A stretch of DNA of 64,000 bases from NCBI GenBank assembly GCA_021791395.1, contig JAJYWR010000002.1, forward strand, positions 17,043-81,042, given 5' to 3'. Origin of the DNA: a bacterium. GTDB lineage: Bacteria; Patescibacteriota; Minisyncoccia; UBA6257; GWB1-50-10. Shown one piece after another: positions 1 through 9,440 of this stretch. Under the pieces are notes generated by a model, which had not been told where the DNA came from, did no database searches, and was given only the letters and a program-made list of their open reading frames with translations. Each line of letters starts with the position of its first letter. Position 1 is the stretch's first letter. Made by a program: the position numbers and the translations under genes.

Positions 1-645
1 CACGATATGATGAAACTCACGGAAAAGCTTTATAAAAAGATTGTGAAAAGTGTTTGCGGCTCGATGAAATCGAAAAAGGGGAATACGGTCATCGATTGGA
101 GTAAGCCATTGAAAAAAGTGGAATACTTCGATCTTTTTAAAAAGTATGCGGGTCTAGATCTTGCAAAAGCTTCCGTGGAGGATCTGAAGCGCGAAGCGAA
201 GAAATTAGAAATCGATTTCAAGTCGAGCGACGGCAAAGGAAGGCTCGTCGATCTTATTTATAAAAAAACAGTGCGGCCGCATCTCGTTCAGCCATGCTTT
301 TTGGTGAACCCGCCGGTTGAAATAGAGCCACTCGCGAAGCGGATTCCCGGCGATCCTCATCGGGTCGAACGGTTTCAGATTATGGCCGGGGGAACCGAAC
401 TCGGCAAAGGATTTTCGGAACTCAACGATCCCATCGATCAAAAAAAGCGGTTCGAAGAGCAAGCGGCTCTCCGGGAAGGCGGGGATAAAGAAGCGCAAAT
501 GATGAATGAAGATTTCGTTGAAGCGCTGGAATACGGCATGCCGCCGGCGGCCGGATTTGGCATGTCGGAGCGCGTTTTCGCCGTCCTCATGGATTTACCG
601 ATTCGGGAAACGGTTTATTTCCCGCTGATGCGACGAGAAAAATAA
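1..645 (+). CDS. lysS: Lysyl-tRNA synthetase, class II (C-terminal portion; 5' end is outside the window)
   Basis: The frame is open from position 1. It carries class II motif-3-like GMPPAAGFGMSERV and PHLVQPCFLVNPPVEI, typical of the LysRS catalytic core. Confidence 0.8.
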   Translation, partial: HDMMKLTEKLYKKIVKSVCGSMKSKKGNTVIDWSKPLKKVEYFDLFKKYAGLDLAKASVEDLKREAKKLEIDFKSSDGKGRLVDLIYKKTVRPHLVQPCFLVNPPVEIEPLAKRIPGDPHRVERFQIMAGGTELGKGFSELNDPIDQKKRFEEQAALREGGDKEAQMMNEDFVEALEYGMPPAAGFGMSERVFAVLMDLPIRETVYFPLMRREK

Positions 646-652
646 AAAACAC

Positions 653-1918
653 ATGCTTGATGTTAAATTCATACGGGAAAATCCCGAGAAGGTAAAAGCG
701 GGAGTCGTCAAAAAGAAGATCGACCCGAAGCTCGTCGATAAGTTTTTGCGCCTCGACGACGAATGGAGGGTAAAAACGAAAGCCCTGGACGATCTCGCTG
801 CGGAACAAAATGCCATAAGCCGCGAAATGGGTCAAAGTCAAAGTCAGGATCTTTTGAGCAAAGCTCAGCTCTTGAAACAGCGGATCGCCGATATCGAAGC
901 CGAACGCGACGTTTTGTCTTCCAAGCGGGACGATATTTTGAACAAGTTGCCGAACCTGCCGTTTGACGACGTTCCGTTCGGCAAGGACGAATCGGAAAAT
1001 AAAGTTCTCCGCGAGGTCGGCAAAAAGAAGAATTTCAAATTTAAACCGAAAGACTACCTAACAATCGCCGAAAAATTGAGGATTGTGAATGTTAAAAAAG
1101 CGACGGAAATAGCCGGTTCGCGGTTCGGTTATCTGATGGGCGATGCCGCGCTCCTCGAATTCGCGCTCGTAAGATTGGCCTTCGATACGCTCGTTAAGGA
1201 GGGATTTACGCCGGTCGTTCCGCCCGTTATGATAACGCCCACGGTCTATCGGGAAATGGGACGCCTTGCGGCGGACCAAAAAGAAGACAAGTATTACCTT
1301 CCGAAGGACGAATTATACTTGGTGGGTAGCGCCGAGCACACTATCGGGCCCTTGGGGAGGGGAGAGATTTTCGAAGTTTCTTCGTTGCCAAAGCGGTTCG
1401 TCGGATTTTCAACGTGCTTCCGACGTGAAGCAGGATCATATGGTAAGGATACGAAAGGAATTTTGCGGGTTCATCAATTCGATAAGGTTGAAATGTATTC
1501 TTTCGTGGAGCCGGAGAATTCAGAACGCGAACACAAATTCCTCTTGAGTATGCAGGAAAAGCTGGTCGGCGCTTTGGAGCTTCCGTATCGGGTTATGGAG
1601 ATTTGTACGGGAGATATGGGATGGACCGATGCCAGACAGTTTGACGTCGAAACGTGGATGCCGGGCCAAGGCGAAACGGGCGAGTACCGCGAAACCCACT
1701 CCTGCTCCAACACCACCGATTTTCAAACACGCGGCATCAATGCGAAATACAAAACGAAGGATGGGAAGAAAGAATTTTTGTACGCCTTGAACGCGACCGG
1801 ATTCGCCATCGGAAGGATTTTAATCGCTATCATTGAGAACTACCAAACTGAAGACGGAGGGGTGGAAATTCCGAAAGTTCTGCGCGATTATCTCGGGAAA
1901 GATAAAATAGAACCCTAG
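653..1918 (+). CDS. serS: Seryl-tRNA synthetase
   Basis: 421 aa with an N-terminal coiled-coil arm and a class II core (FRREAGS…, GxGxGxxR-like motifs). It is tightly packed after lysS. Confidence 0.9.
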   Translation: MLDVKFIRENPEKVKAGVVKKKIDPKLVDKFLRLDDEWRVKTKALDDLAAEQNAISREMGQSQSQDLLSKAQLLKQRIADIEAERDVLSSKRDDILNKLPNLPFDDVPFGKDESENKVLREVGKKKNFKFKPKDYLTIAEKLRIVNVKKATEIAGSRFGYLMGDAALLEFALVRLAFDTLVKEGFTPVVPPVMITPTVYREMGRLAADQKEDKYYLPKDELYLVGSAEHTIGPLGRGEIFEVSSLPKRFVGFSTCFRREAGSYGKDTKGILRVHQFDKVEMYSFVEPENSEREHKFLLSMQEKLVGALELPYRVMEICTGDMGWTDARQFDVETWMPGQGETGEYRETHSCSNTTDFQTRGINAKYKTKDGKKEFLYALNATGFAIGRILIAIIENYQTEDGGVEIPKVLRDYLGKDKIEP

Positions 1919-1923
1919 CTCAT

Positions 1924-2529
1924 ATGAAGAAATTCTTTAAGTTTATTCTGGGGGTTATTATACTCGCCGGGGCGCTTTACGTTTGTTACCTCGGATATAC
2001 CGAGTGGTACCTTGCGGGGGGAGTTTCAAAAGCGGCCAATGCGGTGCGTCAAAACGCTTCGACCACTCTTGCCAACGCGAAGAATTCGATCATTGCGGGA
2101 GCCGAGAGACTCATTGCAAAAAACGCAGCCGATATTATGAAGTATGTAGGGAATCAAATATCCGCGGCGGGAAATAGTTTGACTCCGGACTCATCGATTT
2201 CGGTATCTTCCTCGACCGCACCATCTTTTTATGACAACCAAGTGATACCCGTTTCTTCTTCGACACCGGGTTCGTTTTCTGTTCCGCCGCCTCCCGTATC
2301 TCTTTTAACGCATGTGAACTCTTCGGTTTCAATTTCTCTCGTTGCAAGCGGAGCGTATGAGGTGAGATGGGGAGACGGAACGCTTGAAGATGGAACGGCG
2401 AGCGGTACCTCGAGCATTACGGTCGTTTCGCATAGCTGGAAAAAACCGGGTGATTATACAATCACGGTTACAACGGGAATATCGGCGAACAATACTTCTT
2501 ACTCGTTGCCGATAAGAGTGTTAGAATAA
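1924..2529 (+). CDS. Membrane-anchored protein with a C-terminal PKD-like domain
   Basis: It has an N-terminal TM helix and an S/T/P-rich linker. The C-terminus VRWGDGTLEDGT…HSWKKPGDYTITVTT matches the PKD-domain pattern WxxGDG…HxY…GxYTVTL. Confidence 0.45.
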   Translation: MKKFFKFILGVIILAGALYVCYLGYTEWYLAGGVSKAANAVRQNASTTLANAKNSIIAGAERLIAKNAADIMKYVGNQISAAGNSLTPDSSISVSSSTAPSFYDNQVIPVSSSTPGSFSVPPPPVSLLTHVNSSVSISLVASGAYEVRWGDGTLEDGTASGTSSITVVSHSWKKPGDYTITVTTGISANNTSYSLPIRVLE

Positions 2530-2549
2530 GAGAAATCTTATTGTGAACA

Positions 2550-3359
2550 ATGAAGGATGCTTTGGAAAAATACCGCGTAACAGGGGAGCGGAAAGCCAAG
2601 AAAAAACGATTCAAATTTTATTTACTCCTTGGTCTTTCTGCGGCAATGGTTTTGCTTTTAATTTTTGCGGCAAAGTTCGCCATTTCGTGGCAGGGACTCG
2701 AAGTTTCTTCTATTTCGGTCTCCAATCCGACGGCCGTCCCCAATGCGACGATCATAACTGCATTGCGGAACGAGATGCTCGAAAGCAGACTGCGAGCCGT
2801 AATTGGTCCCGGCAACATCCTTTTTTGGGGGTTAGGAGTGAAGCCGTCGTCTTTGAGCGTTTTACCGGAACTTCGGAGCGTTATGGTGGACTCAAATCTC
2901 CTCAAGAAAACCGTTTCCATCGATGCCGTCCCTAGGGTGCCGTTCGGCGTGATTTGCCAAGCAACGACGACTACGTGTTTCACGTTCGACAACAGCGGCG
3001 TCATTTTTTCCGCTTCGCCGGACGTCGAAGGTCCTCTTATTTTGAAGGTTAACGACATGACGGGAAGGAACTTGATACTCGGAGAAACTATTTTACCACA
3101 GGCCAGTTGGTTCAAGAACTTCATGTCCGTCATTCAGGGATTTTCTTCGGCACACCTCGCGATCAAGGAAGTCGACTTCAACGACTTTTCACTCCGAGAG
3201 TGGCAAGTAGTGCCGCTGCAAGGGCCGATTTTTTATTTCAGTTTCGATTTCGCCCCCGACAATCTCGGCTACCTTTTGACGACGCTGACTCAGCGGATGA
3301 ATTTTGCAAAGACGACGTACGTGGATTTCAGAGTTCTGGACCGGATTTACTATAAGTAG
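2550..3359 (+). CDS. Single-pass membrane protein, possibly FtsQ/DivIB-like
   Basis: It has a K-rich cytoplasmic N-terminus, one TM helix and a roughly 220-aa extracytoplasmic domain. The FtsQ assignment rests on architecture only. Confidence 0.3.
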   Translation: MKDALEKYRVTGERKAKKKRFKFYLLLGLSAAMVLLLIFAAKFAISWQGLEVSSISVSNPTAVPNATIITALRNEMLESRLRAVIGPGNILFWGLGVKPSSLSVLPELRSVMVDSNLLKKTVSIDAVPRVPFGVICQATTTTCFTFDNSGVIFSASPDVEGPLILKVNDMTGRNLILGETILPQASWFKNFMSVIQGFSSAHLAIKEVDFNDFSLREWQVVPLQGPIFYFSFDFAPDNLGYLLTTLTQRMNFAKTTYVDFRVLDRIYYK

Positions 3360-3434
3360 GGAATGGGGTTTAAAGAAAGGTTCCTAAGCACCAACGGCGT
3401 TCGGGAGGCAGTTGTGTTATTATTAAACAAAGTC

Positions 3435-4223
3435 ATGAAGCAATTCAGGCAAAGAGATGGTTTCTCTCTAATAGAACTTTTGATCTATATCGCGATTTTT
3501 GCGGTAGTTTCCATTTTTTTGGTCGCGATACTTACAACATTCACGAAAATTCAAGTTCAGCAAACCGCTTCCAATGAAGTAAACCATCAAATCAGCTTTG
3601 TCTCGAGTGTGGTAAAACAAATGGTTCAAAATTCCAGTTTGGTTGATATGACGGACGGCATTACAACCTCGACCATCAATCTTCGGATGGCGTCATCGTC
3701 CGCCGACCCCACACTCATTTATGCGAGCGGCACAGTTGTGTATTTGGAGCAGGGGAACTCTTCTCCCATTGCTCTCACGAACTCGAGCGTCAATGTGACG
3801 AATTTTTCCGCGACAAAATACGAAAGTCCGGGCGGAGCTTCGATTGTTCAAGTCAACATGTCCCTTGCTTATAATAATTCGGGCCCCGCAAACCAATTCA
3901 GCCAGTCGCTTCAGATCGCCGCCGCGAGGATTTCTGCAGCGACCTTCGATTCATCTCTCTACCCGGCGAGTTCGACGTCGCTTGATTTAGGGAGCGCGGC
4001 GAATCCTTGGGGGAACGGCTATTTCAGTCAAAATCTGAACGTGTCCGGAATCATATATTCCGGATCGGGTGTTTCTGGTGCAACGGCCATGAAAGCGAAC
4101 GGCAATATCGGCTTTTCGAGCGCAGCACAGGGATTGATCCTTAAATCCTCGAGCGGAAGTTGTTTCCTGGTTGGTGTGAATGCTTCGGGGACGCTCGCGA
4201 CTACGCTCGTCAGCTGCCCGTAG
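3435..4223 (+). CDS. Type IV pilin-like protein (prepilin N-terminal cleavage/methylation motif)
   Basis: MKQFRQRDGFSLIELLIYIAIFAVV is the class III signal peptide (G|F-x-LIELL) followed by a hydrophobic helix. The rest is rich in S/T/N. The start was chosen at the internal ATG that gives the canonical leader. Confidence 0.6.
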   Translation: MKQFRQRDGFSLIELLIYIAIFAVVSIFLVAILTTFTKIQVQQTASNEVNHQISFVSSVVKQMVQNSSLVDMTDGITTSTINLRMASSSADPTLIYASGTVVYLEQGNSSPIALTNSSVNVTNFSATKYESPGGASIVQVNMSLAYNNSGPANQFSQSLQIAAARISAATFDSSLYPASSTSLDLGSAANPWGNGYFSQNLNVSGIIYSGSGVSGATAMKANGNIGFSSAAQGLILKSSSGSCFLVGVNASGTLATTLVSCP

Positions 4224-4227
4224 TTAT

Positions 4228-4812
4228 ATGCTGCAATACCTTGTTCTTGTCGGAGCCTGCTTCAATTTTTTCGGATCGCTTCCGTATCTTGTTCAAACCT
4301 TGAAAGGGGAAAACCAGCCGAATAAAGTGAGTTGGGGAATGTGGTCTATCGCCCCGCTTATTGCGACGGCCGCCGCGCTTTCCGCCGGGGTGACATGGGC
4401 CGTCGTGCCGGTCTTTATGTCCGGATTCGTGCCGCTCACGATTTTCATTGCATCCTTTTTGAATAAAAAGGCGTATTGGAAGTTGGGATTGTTTGATTAT
4501 CTTTGCGGCGCGGCATCGGTCTTGGCCCTCATTTTGTGGGCGATCACCAAAGAGCCAACCGTTGCCGTCGTATTTGCGATTATGAGCGATGCGCTCGCCG
4601 CCGTCCCGACTCTTGTGAAGGGATGGCAATATCCGGAAACGGAATCCGGTTTTGCATTCTTTGCCGGACTCATAAGCGCCCTCACTGCCTTTGCCGCGAT
4701 AAAGGTTTGGACTTTCCCATCGTACGGATTCGCCGTTTATCTTATTGTCATCAACACCATGCTTTTTAGTTCGATTTGGCATCTCAAGATAAAAAAGATC
4801 CTCGGGGGGTAG
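4228..4812 (+). CDS. Polytopic membrane protein (paralog of 21395..21976)
   Basis: About 6 predicted TM segments. It shares the motifs F..SLPYL…KG…P..SWxxWSI and KGW.YPETE with the 21395 ORF. Confidence 0.45.
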   Translation: MLQYLVLVGACFNFFGSLPYLVQTLKGENQPNKVSWGMWSIAPLIATAAALSAGVTWAVVPVFMSGFVPLTIFIASFLNKKAYWKLGLFDYLCGAASVLALILWAITKEPTVAVVFAIMSDALAAVPTLVKGWQYPETESGFAFFAGLISALTAFAAIKVWTFPSYGFAVYLIVINTMLFSSIWHLKIKKILGG

Positions 4813-4944
4813 AATGGTAGGATTTGGATACGATCTCCAAAAACGGACCCGTCAGAACTGCTATCGGGAGTTCACGATCGAACCAGGGCCCCGTACCAAA
4901 GCGAAGCTTGGTGCGGAATTCCGTTTTGACCTATACTGAATTCA

Positions 4945-6746
4945 ATGGCCGCCGCTGAACAAAGGGTTTGTCAGAATTGCAAGCAATCCTTTACCATCGA
5001 ACCGGAGGATTTCGCGTTCTATGAGAAGATTAAAGTCCCGCCGCCGACGTGGTGCCCCCGTGCCGCATTCAGAGACGTTTGTCTTTTCGTAATGAGAGAT
5101 TTCTTTATAAAAAGAGGAGTGATTACTCAAGAAAAGAGATATTTTCAATGTACCCGGCGGGTATGGATCGGAAGGTCTACGAAAATGAAATCTGGTTCTC
5201 GGATAAATGGGATCCGATGGCCTATGAGCAAAACGTTGATTTCTCCCGACCATTTCTCGAGCAGATACTTGGTCTTTTTAAAAAAGTTCCCCTCTACGCC
5301 CGATCCGCAGTTTATGGGGTGAACAGTGACTATTCCAATAACTTCACGGATTACAAAAACTGCTATCTCGTTTTCAACGGCAATTATTCCGAAGATTGCA
5401 TGTACGGTACGGGGATTAGTTACACGAAGAATTCCATCGACAATTCATATCTGGATCACTGTGAAAATTGCTATGGCAGTTTTTGGTTGAAATCGTGCTC
5501 CAATGCATTCTTCTCTTCACAGTGTTCCGATTCTTTCAATCTTTTCTTTTGCAAGAATTGCATTGGCTGTACTGATTGTTTCGGGTGTATGAACTTACGC
5601 AATAAGAAATATCATATTTTTAACAAACCATATCAGAAGGAAGAGTATCAACAAAAAATAAAGGAATTCAATCTTGGATCTCGCCGAGGGTTTGTGGCGG
5701 CGGAAATGGAAGTTTTGGAATTTTGGCTTCGTTCCCCCGTGAAATATTTGGAGGGCGTCAAAAACACAAACGTGACAGGCGATTATATCTGGAATTCCAA
5801 GAATGCCGCCGATTGCTACATCATGATCGGCGGTGAAAACGTGAAGAACTGCCAATATATGGAACTTGGTCCCGTGAAGGACTGTCAAGACTATTCGGTT
5901 TGGGGCAACGGAGCGGAACTTGTCTATGAAAGCATGGATTGCGGACTTGGTGCCAGGAACATTAAATTCTGCTTTGAATGCTGGTCGGAAGTGCAAGATA
6001 TTCAATATTCACTGTTTTCCCTGTCTTCGTCGAACCTTTTCGGTTGTGTGGGCCTAAGAAAGAAGCAGTATTGCATTTTAAATAAGCAGTATTCGAAAGA
6101 AGAATATGAAAAATTAGTTCCGAAGATTATTGATCATATGAACGCGATGCCCTATGTCGATAAGAAAGGGAGAACATATCAATACGGTGAATTTTTTCCT
6201 TTGGAATTTTCACCTTTTCCTTACAATCAAACACAAGCCCAAGAACACTTTCCGTTCACGAGGGACAAGGCCCTTCTCCTCAACTATTATTGGGAAGATA
6301 TGAAAGAAAGAGATTATGTTTCCACCATCAATTCATCCGATCTCCCCGATGATATAAAAGACGCAAAAGAATCAATTTTAAATGAGACTGTTTTGTGTGA
6401 ATTTTGGGAAAGAGGAGATCGCGAGGAGGCACTTCAGCACAACTGCACGAAAGTATTCCGCATCCTTTTACAGGAATTGAAATTCTATCAGCGGTTTAAT
6501 ATTTCACTCCCTCGCCATTGCCCGAACTGCCGCTATTTTGAACGGACGAAGCAAAAACATCCTCTTGGTCTATTGAAGAGGAAATGCCAGTGTGCGGGAA
6601 CGAAAAGCGAAAACGGGATATACACGAACACCGGAGCTCATCTCCACGGAGCTGGGAAATGTCCCAACGAATTCGAAACGAGCTATTCTCCCGACCGCCC
6701 GGAGATCGTCTACTGCGAGGCCTGCTACAACGCGGAAGTGGCGTAG
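4945..6746 (+). CDS. Cysteine-rich repeat protein with zinc-ribbon-like ends; apparent -1 frameshift at the C5 tract 5055-5059
   Basis: Frame 1 (4945-5055) encodes CQNC…(17 aa)…TWC. The long frame-3 ORF continues as PPCRIQRRLSFRNERFLYKK. Only a -1 slip on CCCCC completes a CxxC…CPPC ribbon. The body has repeated units ending in NKxYxKEEY with CxxC spacing. The C-terminus HCPNCRYFERTKQK…KRKCQC…YCEACY mirrors the N-terminus. Without the shift, the first in-frame ATG is at 5148. Confidence 0.45.
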
Positions 6747-6773
6747 AAGCCGTTTTCTTGTTAAAGTATCTTC

Positions 6774-7085
6774 ATGATCGTTGAGGGCAGGCTTAATAAA
6801 GATTCGATAGAACGGCCATTTTCTAAAGCGGCTGTCGATATTGTGAAGAGAACAGTTTCGGTTGGGGGCGAGTTTCACGTCGATTGCGCGGAGGAACTCA
6901 TTGGGAGCGGTTCGTCGTCTAAGGATATTTGGGGCCTTAATATCTATCCTGACGGCCATATCGACTTTATTTCTCTGATCAACATCCGCCCCGCCCAGAA
7001 CAACAAGACGATGGATATCGCCGACGAGAGTATTCGTCATGCAATCACAGAAATTATTCATTCGTTATTCGAAATTCAAAATTAA
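6774..7085 (+). CDS. Hypothetical protein (103 aa) inside a repeat-flanked insert
   Basis: The ORF starts 28 nt after the upstream stop. I recognise no family. Confidence 0.3.
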   Translation: MIVEGRLNKDSIERPFSKAAVDIVKRTVSVGGEFHVDCAEELIGSGSSSKDIWGLNIYPDGHIDFISLINIRPAQNNKTMDIADESIRHAITEIIHSLFEIQN

Positions 7086-7106
7086 ATAATTCGAAATTAC
7101 ATTGGC

Positions 7107-7373
7107 ATGTCTCAAGAACGCTGGCAAAGTTTTTCCAAAAATGAACAGCTGAAGCACATCGCTTCGGAAATAAAACGCGCTTCATTGTACGAAGAGAAGA
7201 ATTCAAAACTCAAGAACGAAATACTGGAGCGCGGTTTGGAGTTTATTGATTTATCTTTGGAGGATGGCAAATGGAGAGGCGATTTAAGGTTGCTTTTTAC
7301 CCTCCGCAATCTTCTCGCTGAATCATATATCGGACGGGGAATGCCCCTCGACCGCATTTACGCCGCTTTCTGA
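7107..7373 (+). CDS. Hypothetical protein (88 aa) inside a repeat-flanked insert
   Basis: Charged, helical-looking ORF. Its stop abuts a degenerate copy of the upstream gene's 3' end. Confidence 0.3.
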   Translation: MSQERWQSFSKNEQLKHIASEIKRASLYEEKNSKLKNEILERGLEFIDLSLEDGKWRGDLRLLFTLRNLLAESYIGRGMPLDRIYAAF

Positions 7374-7521
7374 CGCGAGGAGTGTTACAACGCGGAGGTG
7401 GCTGAGTTATCCCCAGTCCACCTCGGCAGATGAAATTTTAGGCCCCCGGGGAACCTTAAAGGAGACCGGGGGGCGGAAATTTGGGGGATAAGTCGATCCA
7501 GCGGCGTGGTACAATTCTCAT

Positions 7522-8013
7522 ATGGATCAAAGGATTAAACATGCGGCGACAAATCTCTTGGAATCAACCGGCATCTTAAATATTCTCGCTCAATTCGGCG
7601 AAGTGCATATCGTAGGTAGTTACGCATTTGATTTAATGACCGAACCGGATATTGATCTTATTGTTTTGACAGACGAACCCCGAAAATCATCTGAAGAAAC
7701 TCTAGCCTTCGTTTCCAAACTCCATCTTTTCCAAAAACTCGAGTATGGAGATTTCCAAAAGTTTCCGCGGGAAAAGAGACCCCCATTTTTTATAGTAAAC
7801 ATGAGAACCCCCTGGGAAGGGGAAATGTTTGAAATAGAAACATGGTTTTTGCCCGAAGCTGCAGAACAACTGGCGTTCGTTGAAAAAATAAAAAAGATCT
7901 CTCCGGAACAAAGACGAAAAATCATCGAACTTAAATTGAAGAGAAAACAGTCAGGTACAAGTAAAACGGAGCTTTCGTCATTCAACATCTACAAAAGCGT
8001 CCTCGGATTCTAA
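7522..8013 (+). CDS. Nucleotidyltransferase-fold protein (minimal NTase/Pol-beta superfamily)
   Basis: HIVGSYAFDLMTEPDIDLIVL carries the GS…D.D nucleotidyltransferase signature. Confidence 0.5.
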   Translation: MDQRIKHAATNLLESTGILNILAQFGEVHIVGSYAFDLMTEPDIDLIVLTDEPRKSSEETLAFVSKLHLFQKLEYGDFQKFPREKRPPFFIVNMRTPWEGEMFEIETWFLPEAAEQLAFVEKIKKISPEQRRKIIELKLKRKQSGTSKTELSSFNIYKSVLGF

Positions 8014-8161
8014 AACTCTGCGCCACCCCCCCGGGGGAGTTCAAATAACCCCGTCCAAAGTCCCGCCCCTCGCCCCGCCGCCCCGCGGGGGTGTAGAAAG
8101 TTGCCGTTCTGGCCCCAAAACCCATCTTTCCGGATTGGCTTTTTTAATACATAATACAGAC

Positions 8162-8830
8162 ATGCAAACTGATTATTGCACAATCTATCTCGTTCGCCAT
8201 GGGGAGGCCGAGGGAAATGCTAAGGGAATTCTTATGGGCCACATGGATCTTCCTCTCACCGAGAAAGGGAAGTCGCAGGCTTGGGGAGTCGGCGAAAAGC
8301 TGAAAGACGTTCATTTTGACGCTATTTATTCTTCTGATCTCATGCGGGCAAAACAAACCGCCGAGATAATCGCGAAAGAAAGAGATCTCATCATCCAAAC
8401 TTCAAAACTTATACGCGAACGGACCTATGGCATCCACGAGGGAAAACCAAGAGAAAAATATCTGAAAGATACCCAAGCTTTCTGGGAGAAACTAAACGAA
8501 CTGTCTGAAGAGGAACGACTGAAAGTAGAGTATCCGGACGGTATGGAAAGCAATGCAAGCATCATGAGTCGGGCAATCACCTTTTTGAGAGAAGTTGCCG
8601 TCGCCAATCCCGGAAAGACAGTTCTTGTCGTTGCGCACGGAGGAATTATGGCGAACTTTCTCATTGAAATCGGCTTTGCTGAGCGGGGAGAACTAGCAGG
8701 CCCCGGTACGCTAGACAATGGAGCATTTGTGAAGATTGAAAGCGATGGGATAGACTTCATGGTCAAGGAGACAAGCGGGGTTCATAAAAAACCAATCACA
8801 CCGAAAACAGAAAACATCTCAAGTTATTGA
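8162..8830 (+). CDS. Histidine phosphatase family protein (phosphoglycerate mutase-like)
   Basis: IYLVRHGEAEGN is the RHG catalytic motif, with a conserved His in VVAHGG. The ORF track starts at 8135; the ATG at 8162 gives the canonical N-terminus. Confidence 0.65.
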   Translation: MQTDYCTIYLVRHGEAEGNAKGILMGHMDLPLTEKGKSQAWGVGEKLKDVHFDAIYSSDLMRAKQTAEIIAKERDLIIQTSKLIRERTYGIHEGKPREKYLKDTQAFWEKLNELSEEERLKVEYPDGMESNASIMSRAITFLREVAVANPGKTVLVVAHGGIMANFLIEIGFAERGELAGPGTLDNGAFVKIESDGIDFMVKETSGVHKKPITPKTENISSY

Positions 8831-8897
8831 TCCGTCGTAACTTATCTCGGAAAAAAGTTCGGATATCGCATCCCGCCACCTCGCGCCGGGTGGTATA

Positions 8898-9440
8898 ATG
8901 GTCAGAATGATGGGAGTTAAGAAAAAATGTGAGTGGTTAAAGTGGAACTGGTTGAAAGCCACTCTAATCCTAATTGCCTTAGCGATTTTTGGTTATTCTG
9001 TTATATTCTTACGCCTAGATTTCGGAGAACCATTCAGAAATCCGATATTCCAAACAGTTATTTCCGGAGTTTCGGTACTTGTTTTGGGGGATTTGATAAA
9101 AAAATTCATTATAGAACCAGCGCAAGAATATAAGGAAATCGTTGGTAAGATAGACAACGAACTGAAATTTTATGCCAACATCATAAGTAATCCGGAGATT
9201 CTTCAAGAGGGAAAAAAGAAAGAATGTTACGAGACCTTACGAAGGTTGTCGTGTAATCTAGAGGCTAAACGCAAAAAAATGGTTTTTAGAAAAGATACTA
9301 CGGACAAAAATGTTGCCGATGCTGCCGCTAAGCTCATCGGACTTTCTAATTCCCTATGGGAATTAGAAAGCGGCTCGAGAAACTCTCAGACCATCGAAGA
9401 TATTAGAAAATCTCTCCATATTCCATACCTTGTGGTATAG
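8898..9440 (+). CDS. Hypothetical membrane protein
   Basis: Two N-terminal hydrophobic helices and AT-rich codon usage. No recognisable motif. Confidence 0.35.
   Translation: MVRMMGVKKKCEWLKWNWLKATLILIALAIFGYSVIFLRLDFGEPFRNPIFQTVISGVSVLVLGDLIKKFIIEPAQEYKEIVGKIDNELKFYANIISNPEILQEGKKKECYETLRRLSCNLEAKRKKMVFRKDTTDKNVADAAAKLIGLSNSLWELESGSRNSQTIEDIRKSLHIPYLVV

Noticed and set aside
4813-4944. Possible tRNA in the 130-bp spacer before the cysteine-rich gene (GGGGGGTAGAATGGTAGG…GTTCACGATCGAACC…GTACCA).
   Set aside because: I could not build a cloverleaf. The candidate acceptor strands do not pair and the T-loop-like GTTCACGATCGAAC lacks a stem.
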